Shown one piece after another: positions 34,901 to 48,985 of a stretch of DNA of 64,000 bases. The notes under the pieces are model-generated. The model had not been told where the DNA came from. It saw only the letters and a list, made by a program, of their open reading frames with translations, and ran no database searches. A program made the translations under genes and the position numbers. Source of the stretch: Macrostomum lignano (lineage: Eukaryota); the NCBI GenBank assembly GCA_002269645.1, contig NIVC01000015.1:9438-73437 (forward strand), read 5' to 3'. Numbering within the stretch: the stretch's first letter is position 1; every line of letters starts with the position of its first letter.

Positions 34901-37900
34901 TTGAAGCCGACAAGGTAAAGCGAGTGAGCCAGCAGCAGGGCGAAGCACAGGCTGTGGTGCACCCTGTGCAGGGTGACCACTGACTTGTCAGCCAGCGGGC
35001 CCCTCAGTTTAATGGCCAGGTAGGTGATGTTGGTGATCAGCAGGCAGGCGATGGAGGCGCCCAGGCACACGTAGGTGAGGGCGCGCAGCACCGGCGAATG
35101 CATTCGCCACAGCCGGTGCGTGTCGGGCCCCAGCCAGACGGTGCCGGGCAGCACCACGGCGGCGAAGCTGGTCAGATGCTCGCAGCTGCAGGCTGTCCGA
35201 CTGCTGTCCGACAGTTCGGCCACTGGACGGCAGCCACGCTCGGACAGGGAGCTGTCGGCCTGGAGGAAAACGCAGCGACGCTCGGCAGAGCCGACATTGG
35301 AGCTGTCCAGGTGCGGCAGCAGCAGCAGAACCCGCAGCTCCACGCCGCTGTCGAGCCGGGCCCCGTCAGCGGCCGAGTACAGCGTGGCCTGCACGATCCT
35401 CGACGCCACCGGCTGGCCAGCGTTGCCTAGGCGACTAATTAGACGCGGCAGGTTGACAACGCTGGTTACCATGGATACGGGAGGCGACGCGGCGGAAAAC
35501 GAGGAGGCGGAGTTTCCTTTGTTGAGCAAGTTGACTTTCACTGCCGCAGAGTCGGACTGCATCAGCGCTGAGCCAGAGCGCATGCGGCGGACGGACATGG
35601 CTGCGGAGGGGGGGGGGTCGGGGATCCATGCTGGTGTACGCGGCATCTGCGCTCAATTACGACGTATTTATGGGTGGTTTGGTGAATGTACATTCCATCG
35701 GCTCCAACAGGGGGTGGGGGGGGGGTTGCAGCCTAGTGCTTAGAGCGTCGGACTCACGACTGAAAGGTCGGGGGTTCGATTCCCGACCCACTCGGAACAA
35801 TCTGTGTCCTTGAGCAAGGCACTTAACTCTGCATTGCTTCAGTTCACCCAGCTGTAAAAAGGGTGCCAGCATTAGCTGGGATAACTGAGGGTGCGTGTGG
35901 CGACCCCCAGTCCTTGGACTGAACAGCCGTACGCAGCCTTCAGATGCGCCGCGCAATAGCTGCGGCTGAGCTGTCGGTTGCACATCTGGCCCAATTGGGG
36001 CAGGTGTAATCAACTATTATAATTATTACATCCCATGAATTATGAATGTTTTAGTGATGTCTGGTGAATGTACATACGATGAATTCAGGCCGTTCTTCAT
36101 AACTGTACAATTGTACATATTCCATGGCACACGAAGGCTTTTGTCGAATACACATTCCATTATTTTATCATTTGAGTCGCTATGCACAGCATAGCCTTAC
36201 AGGCATAAACTTGAGCCTTGTGGAATTTCGCCTGCAGCCAAAGCCTCAGTGCAAAGAGATAAAATTACTAGCAAATCATATACCGCATTATCGCCGTATA
36301 AAATCTTCAAGCCGCTCCCTCACTGTTTGATTGTCAACAGGAAACTGGCTGACCAGCAGTAAAGATGGAAGCAGATTTGATGTTTATCAGAGCTTTGATC
36401 CCGAGCTAAAATGCTTTTAATGTAAATAGCTGCGCCAAAAACAGGGCCTGCAGCGGCAAGCAGAAAAAAGGTCTGCATTGGCGTCTTCAGTCTTTCGTTG
36501 CCGAGGCCTTGAAGTTCAAAATTATCCTTGAGGCAGTTTTTAGCACAAAAGAAGATGCTGGCTGCTGCATCATCCACTAATCTTGATTTATTATCAAGAG
36601 TTACAGGACGCATAGATAATTACAAGATTGGAGTTCACCTGATTACCAGATCAGCGCACACCTGATTACCAGATCAGCGGACACCTGATTACCAGATCAG
36701 CGCACACCTGATTACCAGATCAGCGCACACCTGATTACCAGATCAGCGCACACCTGATTACCAGATCAGCGCACACCTGATTACCAGATCAGCGCACACC
36801 TGATTATCAGATTGATGCACACCAGATTACCAGATCAGCGCACACCTGATTACCAGATCAGCGCACACCTGATTACCAGATTAGCGCACACCATTGCCCA
36901 GGAGCTCACCGATGGCACTGGTGCTAACGTTAACCTCGGGCCCGGCGAACTGCAGTCCCCTGCCCAGGCTGTCCAAGGTCCGAATGACGGCCCCGGCCGC
37001 CTCGGCCAGCTTGCGCCCGTCGTCGGCGTCTTCGCTGCCAGATTCGGCCGACGCAGTCCAGACGTCCTTGGACCCGAAAGCGGTGACGCCGTTCAGCAGG
37101 TCGCCAACAGTCTGGCGCATCTCAAAGGCGCTGGCGTTGGCGAAGGCTGTTGAAGCCTCGGATTCCAGCAGGCTGGCAAAGCCTGAAACCTCAGTGGCGT
37201 TGTCAAACTCGCGAGTCTGAGCAAACCGGCTGAGCACCTGCGCTTTCACGGACGAGTTTCGCGTCTCGGCAAGCTGCAAGTGGGCAGGAGGGGGGGGCAT
37301 TCGCCAAGTTAAAGATAATTAGTACAAAAATTGGAAACACTTTACACTAGCCGATCAACTGAATGTACATAGGCTAGTCAACTGAATGTACATAGGCTAG
37401 TCAACTGAATGTACATAGGCTAGTCAACTGAATGTACATAGGCTAGTCAACTGAATGTACATAGGCTAGTCAACTGAATGTACATAGGCTAGTCAAATGA
37501 ATGTACATAGGCTAGTCAACTGAATGTACATAGGCTAGTCAACTGAATGTACATAGGCTAGTCAACTGAATGTACATAGGCTAGCGAAATGAATGTACAT
37601 AGGCTAGACAATTAAGGGTACATAGGCTAGCCAACTGAATGTACATAGGCATAGACAATTAAGGGTACATAGGCTAGTAAACTATCGTGGTAAAATGAAA
37701 TTGAATTTTTTACAAAGCCACTAAATGCTAGTCAACCTGAAATGCTGAAAGTCGAAAATCAGCTCCCCAGTTTTCCCAATTGGGCGACAAGCTTAGCGTC
37801 TCCTTAAAAGAGTATTAAAACTGGGCGCACGTGCAGACAGAAAAGAATCCCATGGGGTCCCTTAAGGATCTGCGCGTAAAATTTCTTGGCGAAATTTGTT

Positions 37901-40900
37901 TTAATTGAACACAAAAGTTAAGGGCACGGAGATTACACCCGCACACACGTGGTCCGAAGGTCAGGTGCAGATTTGGTGCAAGTCAAGCCGTGCCATCCCT
38001 TTGAATAGGCCGAAATTTCAATGCTCCACATTGACCCAGGCGGCACACAAATTAATTGCATCGACGCACTTAGGCTGGGCTGGCCACAATCTGATGCGGC
38101 ATGCCAGATCTAGAATGATCTATTCTCCCCTGAAATTCCCTAACAAGGAGGGAGTGTTAAACAGACCCGGTGCTGACAGCCCCCCCCAACCCCACACCCC
38201 GCCGCGTCTAAGCAGGGAATAAAAATTCCAGCCGAAACCGCCTGCGGGAAAATCGCATTTTCAAACTCCACCCCCCCACTAACAACCCGCCCACCATTCT
38301 CCCATTGCAGCACTAATTGCTGCTCTCATAGCCCGGATCCCGAATCCCCAAAACGCCAACTTATAGTGAAATATTTTGCAAGCGCCTGGCTAAAAAAAGA
38401 AACTGGAGCCTTTCGCCGTGTTGGGCCATGGACTTCTAGATAGACTGGGTAATCTGGATTGGACACCTTTGCTAAATCTGTTTTCTACGAATATGAATTT
38501 CGTCTTTATCAAAGCGACCCCCACTGGCGTAGCCAGAATTTTACCTGTAGGGGGGGGGGTCACGAGCCTGAGCCGCAACACGCGTGGACACGTTCTTTTC
38601 GAGGGGAGGCAAGAATCCCAGTTTCGAGTCACTGAACACAAGACAGACAAACACTAGAGCGCCAAAATAGCGCCACAGAGAGATTTTAGCGCCACAGACA
38701 GATTTTAGCGCCACAGACAGATTTTAGCGCCACAGACAGATTTTAGCGCCACAGACAGATTTTAGCGCCACAGACAAGATTTTAGCGCCACAGACAAGAT
38801 TTTAGCCCCACAGACAAGATTTTAGCGCCGCAGAGAGATTTTAGCGCCACAGAGAGATTTTAGCGCCACAGACTAGATTTTAGCGCCACAGACAAGATTT
38901 TAGCGCCACCTACAAGACTTTAGCGCCACAGAAAAGATTTTAGCGCCACAGACTAGATTTTAGCGCCACAGACTAGATTTTAGCGCCACAGACTAGATTT
39001 TAGCGCCACCAACTAGATTTTAGCGCCACAACTGATTTTAGCGGCACAGAAAGATTTTAGCGCCACAGACAAGATTTTAGCGCCACCGACAAGATTTTAG
39101 CGCCACAGACAAGATTTTAGCGCCACAGAGAAGATTTTAGCGCCTCAGACAAGATTTTAGCGCCACAGAGAGATTTTAGCGCCACAGAGAGATTTTAGCG
39201 CCACAGAGAGATTTTAGCGCCACAGAGAGATTTTAGCGCCACAGAGAGATTTTAGCGCCACAGAGAGATTTTAGCGCCACAGAGAGATTTTAGCGCCACA
39301 GACAAGATTTTAGCACCACAGACAGATTTTAGCGCCGCAGACAAGATTTTAGCGCCACAGACAAGATTTTAGCGCCGCAGACTAGATTTTAGCGCCGCAG
39401 ACTAGATTTTAGCGCCGCATACTAGATTTTAGCGCCGCAGACTAGATTTTAGCGCCGCAGACTAGATTTTAGCGCCGCAGACTAGATTTTAGCGCCGCAT
39501 ACTAGATTTTAGCGCCGCATACTAGATTTTAGCGCCGCAGACTAGATTTTAGCGCCGCAGACTAGATTTTAGCGCCGCAGACTAGATTTTAGCGCCGCAG
39601 ACTAGATTTTAGCGCCGCAGACTAGATTTTAGCGCCGCAGACTAGATTTTAGCGCCGCATACTAGATTTTAGCGCCGCAGACTAGATTTTAGCGCCGCAG
39701 ACTAGATTTTAGCGCCGCAGACTAGATTTTAGCGCCGCAGACTAGATTTTAGCGCCGCAGACTAGATTTTAGCGCCGCATACTAGATTTTAGCGCCGCAG
39801 ACTAGATTTTAGCGCCGCAGACTAGATTTTAGCGCCGCAGACTAGATTTTAGCGCCGCAGACTAGATTTTAGCGCCGCAGACTAGATTTTAGCGCCGCAT
39901 ACTAGATTTTAGCGCCGCAGACTAGATTTTAGCGCCGCAGACTAGATTTTAGCGCCGCAGACTAGATTTTAGCGCCGCAGACTAGATTTTAGCGCCGCAG
40001 ACTAGATTTTAGCGCCGCAGACTAGATTTTAGCGCCACAGACAGATTTTAGCGCCGCAGACTAGATTTTAGCGCCGCAGACTAGATTTTAGCGCCACAGA
40101 CAGATTTTAGCGCCGCAGACTAGATTTTAGCGCCACAGACTAGATTTTAGCGCCGCAGACTAGATTTTAGCGCCGCAGACTAGATTTTAGCGCCGCAGAC
40201 TAGATTTTAGCGCCGCAGACTAGATTTTAGCGCCACAGACTAGATTTTAGCGCCGCAGACTAGATTTTAGCGCCGCAGACTAGATTTTAGCGCCGCAGAC
40301 AAGATTTTAGCGCCACAGACAAGATTTTAGCGCCGCAGACTAGATTTTAGCGCCGCAGACTAGATTTTAGCGCCGCATACTAGATTTTAGCGCCGCAGAC
40401 TAGATTTTAGCGCCGCAGACTAGATTTTAGCGCCGCAGACTAGATTTTAGCGCCGCATACTAGATTTTAGCGCCGCATACTAGATTTTAGCGCCGCAGAC
40501 TAGATTTTAGCGCCGCAGACTAGATTTTAGCGCCGCAGACTAGATTTTAGCGCCGCAGACTAGATTTTAGCGCCGCAGACTAGATTTTAGCGCCGCAGAC
40601 TAGATTTTAGCGCCGCATACTAGATTTTAGCGCCGCAGACTAGATTTTAGCGCCGCAGACTAGATTTTAGCGCCGCAGACTAGATTTTAGCGCCGCAGAC
40701 TAGATTTTAGCGCCGCAGACTAGATTTTAGCGCCGCATACTAGATTTTAGCGCCGCAGACTAGATTTTAGCGCCGCAGACTAGATTTTAGCGCCGCAGAC
40801 TAGATTTTAGCGCCGCAGACTAGATTTTAGCGCCGCAGACTAGATTTTAGCGCCGCATACTAGATTTTAGCGCCGCAGACTAGATTTTAGCGCCGCAGAC

Positions 40901-42593
40901 TAGATTTTAGCGCCGCAGACTAGATTTTAGCGCCGCAGACTAGATTTTAGCGCCGCAGACTAGATTTTAGCGCCGCAGACTAGATTTTAGCGCCACAGAC
41001 AGATTTTAGCGCCGCAGACTAGATTTTAGCGCCGCAGACTAGATTTTAGCGCCACAGACAGATTTTAGCGCCGCAGACTAGATACTAGAGCCATAGGCAA
41101 GATGTTAACGCCAAGTTAGCATCGCAGACTTCGCATATTTCTTTCTAAAGCCTCGTGGATAGAGTTGGGAAATCAGGGGTTCGTTTCCACTCTCCAGACC
41201 GCTAGTTTTGGGGCACCGTGTCCGGCTAAACCGCGGATGATAAATAGTCTTTGCTGATTTCGCTGGGGCTGCAGAGGGAAAACACAAGAATGTTGTACTT
41301 TTTTAAGCTTAGGAATTCTCTCGGCTAATAAATGATGCACAAAACACACACTTTGCCCATTTTTATTGCAGAGATTAGCTCCGATTAATCTGGCATGTGG
41401 AAGCATATACTTTCACATAGCTATAACCCACACGATTTTGCTATCAGCTTGCGTAAAAGGACCTATAAGCCTACCATAAATACTAGCGAAATCGCATGGA
41501 TAAAAATAACGAAGTTGGCAATTTCGGTGCATCGGAACTCGAATCGGCTTGGAACGGATAAAATCCTATATACTAAAAATGAAATTAGCTCTAAAAATAG
41601 AATCACGAAGATATTGAGATCCGATTTAGTTACTTCGGAGAGAATTTCGATTCCGCAACGAACCTCTGGCAATAGCCTTTACAATTAGCCTCATGGAATT
41701 GCCGCGGATTTTCCATCAGCGGGGTCTCTTCCTCTGATCACGTGTACAATAGGCGGCTACATGGCTGTACTCTCACTTTTTTGACTCCACGGAATTCCCA
41801 TGGACTCCCCTGCGGCGGAGTTCATAAGTGTACACTGTACATATTAGCCCCTATGCTCTCTTAAAAGAACCCACAGAAATTCCATGAATTTCCCTGAGAG
41901 CTATTTTCCTAGCTGGAGTTTTATACAAGACCACTGAAACTAAACTGTCTCGAAAAGGGCCGTTTTACGACCGTAACAAAACATAAACACTGAAGCATTT
42001 TCTCTTGAAATAAATTGATTGAAAGGCAATTTTGATAAAAATAAGTAGGGTTTCACTGAATTCAATGCTGCAATTGGTTGGAGTTAGACAAAAAGCAGTA
42101 AGAACACTTTCGCCCACGACCAAGACGCGATAATCGCTAGCTTGTGGCCGTAAAAACGTGGCCCCGCATATTTCTTCCCTTGCCCAGCAAACAGGCAGAG
42201 ATGAACGGCAGAAGACACTAAAAGTCGTAATGCGATCCGGACCCTCAGGCTTTGGCCCTGACCCTAAGACCCGATGCTTTATCAGCAAGCCGCCTCTCTG
42301 GCATAGGAGGGCTGAACAGAGAGCCACCACCAGCGACATCCACACGGAGACTGGAAATCTAGTAAAGTGGACGTCGCAGTCGCTTTGACATCATAAATAT
42401 TCGCTGCGATCCTCTAATCTGACACAGGCAGACGGCTGAAGGTGAACTGCATAAAGTTATACGGATGAATCTGATCTGAATACAGATAGCTGCAGTGCAT
42501 TTGATTCTAGAATTATATAACTTGATTATAAAATGCCGAAGGTCTGGTCTGACTAGGCTAGACTAGATAGATGGATAGATAGATGGATAGATG

Positions 42594-42628
<35 letters not shown>

Positions 42629-42741
42629 GGATAGATAGATAGATGGATGGATAGATAGATAGATAGATAGATGGATGGATAGATAGATAGATGGATAGAT
42701 AGATGGATAGATGGATAGATAGATAGATAGATTGATGGATG

Positions 42742-42792
<51 letters not shown>

Positions 42793-42793
42793 G

Positions 42794-42855
<62 letters not shown>

Positions 42856-42881
42856 GAGAGAGATAGATAGATAGAAAGATG

Positions 42882-42964
<83 letters not shown>

Positions 42965-42965
42965 G

Positions 42966-43005
<40 letters not shown>

Positions 43006-43006
43006 T

Positions 43007-43052
<46 letters not shown>

Positions 43053-43065
43053 GGATAGATAGATG

Positions 43066-43099
<34 letters not shown>

Positions 43100-43100
43100 G

Positions 43101-43191
<91 letters not shown>

Positions 43192-43229
43192 GAGATAGAT
43201 AGAGAGATAGATAGATGGATAGATAGATG

Positions 43230-43304
<75 letters not shown>

Positions 43305-43348
43305 GGATAGATAGATGGATAGATAGATAGATAGATAGATAGATAGAG

Positions 43349-43443
<95 letters not shown>

Positions 43444-43481
43444 GAGATAGATAGAGAGATAGATAGATGGATAGATAGATG

Positions 43482-43579
<98 letters not shown>

Positions 43580-43636
43580 GAGATAGATAGATAGATAGAC
43601 AGATAGATAGATAGAAAGATAGATAGATAGATAGAT

Positions 43637-43667
<31 letters not shown>

Positions 43668-46600
43668 AAGAAAGATAGATAGATAGATAGATCGATAGAT
43701 AAATAGATAGATAGATAGATAGACATATAGATAGGCAGCTAGAAGACATCGGTAATGGTCATTTTGGCTTCAGTTTATTTTCAACCTTCAGCATCACCCA
43801 GAGCAACATCAGGATCAGGTAAACAAGCCACTAAAAACCAGTCGGGCCGCACAGACGCAGCTTCCGCAAAGTTGATGGAGCGGGTCGGCAGGCAAGGCAA
43901 GCCCGCAAGCCGCACAGAGCATCAGCTGATGAAGAGGCTGGTTAATCTGACAGGAGAAAAATAAGCCTCCAGCCTCAGCCAACAGAGGGTTATCAAACTC
44001 CTTATCCAACCCAGCAGGAAATCCTGCATGCGGTGGAGTTTTGAGCATGCGAAGCCAAGGCTACTTAAAGCCTGAGAAGTTTATTTTCCAAGAACTGCGG
44101 AAGAGAAGCGAACCGCTCGCCATGGCGACAATCCAGAGGCACTGAATGATTTACAATCCTCAGTTGCCTTTTTCTGCAACCAAACTACCTTATCGAAGCG
44201 TGCGAAAAACGGCGGTCACTGAGACTCAAAAATAAGTTCGAGGAAGTGATAACAACCTTTTACGCCTTGATTTATGGTGAAGAAATTGCCTCATGCAGGG
44301 AAGCCGGACACGGATTGAAATCTCAACTGCCTTCCTCTTCTCTCCCTCCTCTCTTTCCTCTTCTCTCCCTCCTCTCCTTCCTCTTCTCTCCCTCCTCTCC
44401 TTCCTGTTCTCTCCCTCCTCTCCTTCCTCTTCTCTCCCTCCTCTCCTTCCTCTTCTCTCCCTCCTCTCCTTCCTCTTCTCTCCCTCCTCTCTTTCCTCTT
44501 CTCTCCCTCCTCTCTTTCCTCTTCTCTCCCTCCTCTCCTTCCTCTTCTCTCCCTCCTCTCTTTCCTCTTCTTTCCCTCCTCTCCTTCCTCTTCTCTCCCT
44601 CCTCTCTTTCCTCTTCTTTCCCTCCTCTCCTTCCTCTTCTCTCCCTCCTCTCCTTCCTCTTCTCTCCCTCCTCTCCTTCCTCTTCTCTCCCTCCTCTCCT
44701 TCCTCTTCTCTCCCTCCTCTCTTTCTTCTTCTCTCCCTCCTCTCCTTCCTCTTCTCTCCCTCCTCTCCTTCCTCTTCTCCTTTCTCTTCTCTCCCTCCTC
44801 TCCTTTCTCTTCTCTCCCTCCTCTCGTTCCACTTCTCTCGATTTGTCTCACTCCTACTTCGTTCCGCCTATTCCATTTTTAAAGTACATTCAGACCATCT
44901 AGCGTAACTCAAACTATGATTCCTAACCTGTGTGTTTTAAAGTTTTTCGCACCAATGAGCATTTGTTTCATGCTTAGTTTGTTGAGAAAGGCAACATGAC
45001 ATTGGTTTTTAATTAGCAAATTTAAAAAAAAAGTTGTTAAAACTTCACACATCAGAAACATGCGCGCACGGTTCACCTAGTAGACTTTGGGCTGAGAGGG
45101 GGGTTACGGTGCCACTGCAGCGCATCAGTAAGGGTCAAAGATGACTATAACAGCTGCTGCTAGGCCATCACCAAGAGGTAAGAGCCAGAGAGCCCACCTG
45201 GAGTGAACACACAGACACTCCCTACTACAGGCGTTTAGAAGGAAATATGCGCCAAAAGATATTGCCATCTATAGAGATGGGGGCGCCTCAATGCAGACAC
45301 GCGCACAGACACTAGATAGGTGCAAGCACACACACACACACACTTACAGATGCTGCACTGTCTTGCGTGTGCGGTACAGCTTGTCCAAAATGCTACGAGC
45401 ATCCACTCGCCCCAGTGCCCCACTGATATGCTTGCTAACTAAATAAAAAAGCTTACAATATACTTTTTTGAGACCTGAAAAAATTCTGACCTAGCAAAGT
45501 AATAAGGCAAATAAAACTGACTAAGCATAGTGCTTGCTCATTTAGGGCCAGCCAAAAAATTAAATCATTATTTGATAACCAAGTGCTATCAAGCAGCCGC
45601 ACTACAGGAGTCGAATTACGCACGCCCACACTAAGATAATGATTAAACGAAAACAACTGCGACTGGCGGTCCTCCAGTACAAGCTGAGTCACTCATTTGA
45701 ACTTTTTTTTAGCTCCAGCCCTTATTTGCGTCCAATAAGTTTAAAAAATACATAAAAAGTGCCTACTGAATCGAATTGATTTTAATGGTGGAAATCTAAG
45801 CAGAGGCTTGAAATCAGAGTTGTTAAAATTGGAAAATGAATAGAAGAGCTACCACAAATTGAAGCCAATAAAAGTTATAACTTGAGGGATTAGGTAGGTA
45901 TGACATTCTAAAAATAGCAACAATGTAGACTTTTTTATTTACATTGATGTGGTAACCCATCGCGGGGTAGAGCGAAGAGGGATGATTAATTAAGCGTAGA
46001 ATGTACAATGTTGATGCTAGCCAAATCCGTTCTAAAAATAGAAACAATGTACACTCTCACTCAAGCCCAAAGTCTAAAGGCCTGTGTAAGGAGGGTCATT
46101 GAATATGTACAATAATAATATAAGTCGGCTATTCTAAAAATAGAAACAGAAACGATAAGGCCCACCACTCACGGCTAGCCGCACCCCGGCCTCAGTGTCT
46201 GGCACAGGGGCGCAGTCGCCAGTCTCCCGCTGATAGGCCGTCGGCGCTCTCAAAGCCAGGCTACGGCAGGCATCCCCAGATACGGCCAGCGACTCGCAGC
46301 GACCGCTGACGCCGCTGTCTGATTCGTTGACAGCAAACACGAAGCCAGTTGGACAGCGGGGCGGCTCGGTGCGTGGTCCTGCGGATGAAATTGGGAAAAA
46401 TTGATGCTTATGTCTAAAAGGTTACAGCCACGGTCACTCCAAGGTGGTAAAAGCAGTTTCGATGCTTACTTTGGCGCTATGGCATACATTTTGGCACTCC
46501 AGTACCCATTTTGGCACTGCAGTACCCATTTTGGCACTCCAGTACCCATTTTGGCACTCAAGTACCCATTTTGGCACTCCAGTACCAATTTTGGCACTGC

Positions 46601-48704
46601 AGTACCCATTTTGGCACTCCAGTACCCATTTTGGCACTCAAGTACCCATTCCGGCACTCCAGTACCAATTTTGGCACTCAAGTACCCATTCCGGCACTCC
46701 AGTAGCCATTCCGGCACTCCAAGTACCAATTTTGGCACTCAAGTACCCATTCCGGCACTCCAGTACCAATTTTGGCACTCAAGTACCCATTCCGGCACTC
46801 CAGTAGCCATTCCGGCACTCAAGTAGCAATTTTGGCACTCAAGTACCCATTCCGGCACTCCAGTACCAATTTTGGCACTCAAGTACCCATTCCGGCACTC
46901 CAGTAGCCATTCCGGCACTCAAGTACCAATTTTGGCACTCAAGTACCCATTCCGGCACTCCAGTACCCATTCCGGCACTCCAGAACCTATTCAGGCACTC
47001 TAAAACACACCTTGGCACTCCGGTACCCATTCCGGCACCCTAAAAAACACATCTTGGCACTCCAACAACCATTTTGGCACTTAAACGCTAACGAAGTCGC
47101 CCATAAAACTTCAGTTGAACACAATCACAAAACATAACTGATACAAGAAGAGCGCATGCATATTTTTATGCACATCAATAACTTAGATAATATGGAAGTC
47201 ATAAAATCGCACGCAAATACAAAGGCACCGCAATTTTAGTGTCAGTGTCACATCCCACAAATGAGAATTAGACAGCAAAAACCCGATTGAACAGGCCGCG
47301 CGGACACAAGTCAAGTAAACAAAAGCGGTAATGGCGGTGGTTTACATTTCCTGCTACAGAAAGCAAAAAATTACAGATAAAAACAAAAATAAATGCGATA
47401 TGATATAGAGCGACTGCATCTATGGATATTCGGAAAGAACATTATGGCCTCATTATTAACTATTAGTGGCGCTGGGTGGGCCGTTCTTAGGACCACACAG
47501 GCCGGCACAGACACTCAGTAAGTTTCAACTCGCAGATTTTTGCACAATACGCACCGAATGACTTTTTCTAAACAAATTCTATAAAATGCTTTACGAATTT
47601 TATGCGCTGGACAAATTTGGCAATGATGACTCATGGGAGGAGATTCTTGCATGGGGAAGTTGGGACAGTTGGAGTGACAGATAGTACAGGGGGAGAGAGA
47701 TACAGCGGCAGGCTGGCATGGACTACTAACACAGCCACGTGGACTGGACAAGGACGGGAAGGCAGCTAACTATAGAATCAGGGGTTCGGCAAACCCAGGC
47801 TCACAAAGCCCCTCTATCCGGCACTCGGGTCTTTGGAACCTTGACAGTCTGGCACCCTCAAGGTTCTTACCTCTTTTCACTCCCCTCTCATCTCTCCACT
47901 CTCTTATCTCTCACCTCTTAACTTCTCTCTTCTATCATCTCTTTCCTCTTCTCTCTCCTCTATTCCCCTCTCCTTTCCTCTCATCTGGCCCACAGGCATG
48001 AGCTAGATTTTATACCTGGCCCTTGAGGTAAAAATATTTATTTTCAATAATAAACAAATAGTTCCTCTTTTGATTAGTTTCCAATCCAAATACTAGCAGA
48101 ATTCAAGAGTCCCTGACAGAGGACACGCCGGGATTCCTAAACCCAGGCCGGCGAAGAGTGTGCTATAAATAGCACTGCTCGGTCGAGGAAAGGGGAATCA
48201 GACTCTGCGCTTGGCTCTCCGCCCATCCACATCTCTTGCCGCCTCTTCCCTGGAAAGTCCGCTAAGCTAAAGAATCCTCAGTTATGGTGGAGTTCTGGGG
48301 ATAAATTTGCTCAGACAGTACAGCTGTGCACTAAACTCGCCTCGACGCAAGTGAGTCATCTTGGACTTAGAGAGGATGAAGTGCTACTCAAAGAAGAGCA
48401 TAATTTAGATAAAAATCCACAGTTCGTTCACTTTCTCCGTATAGCTGACTGACTTGCAGGCAGGTCCCAGAGATCCAATAAAAAAGTACATTGGAGACCG
48501 GAGAGGCTGGGCGTTCACCATCCCGTCCGGATGCCCCAGCCTTTATACATTCTGGAGAAGAGATGTGTGGGTAACTGTAGCTGGTATGCAATATTAATCA
48601 TCTTTTTGCTGAGATAATTCAATAACTGCACAGAACGAAATTTCCGTCTGTCTGTCTGTCTGTGTGTCTGTCTGTGTGTCTGTCTGTCTGTCTGTCTGTG
48701 TGTG

Positions 48705-48759
<55 letters not shown>

Positions 48760-48844
48760 GTGTCTGTCTGTGTGTCTGTCTGTGTGTCTGTCTGTCTGTC
48801 TGTATGTCTGTCTGTCTGTGTGTCTGTCTGTGTGTCTGTCTGTG

Positions 48845-48889
<45 letters not shown>

Positions 48890-48920
48890 GCCTGTCTGTC
48901 TGCCTGTCTGTCTGTCTGCC

Positions 48921-48985
<65 letters not shown>

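Noticed and set aside
35721-35795. Functional tRNA gene
   Set aside because: Poor acceptor-stem pairing, no oligo-T terminator, and it runs into a SINE central domain.
38522-41110. Complete MITE enclosing the 2.4-kb array
   Set aside because: Only a left hAT-like terminus is visible; I found no matching right TIR or TSD.
42553-44907. SIYL-type and ER/LS-rich ORFs
   Set aside because: Microsatellite translations.
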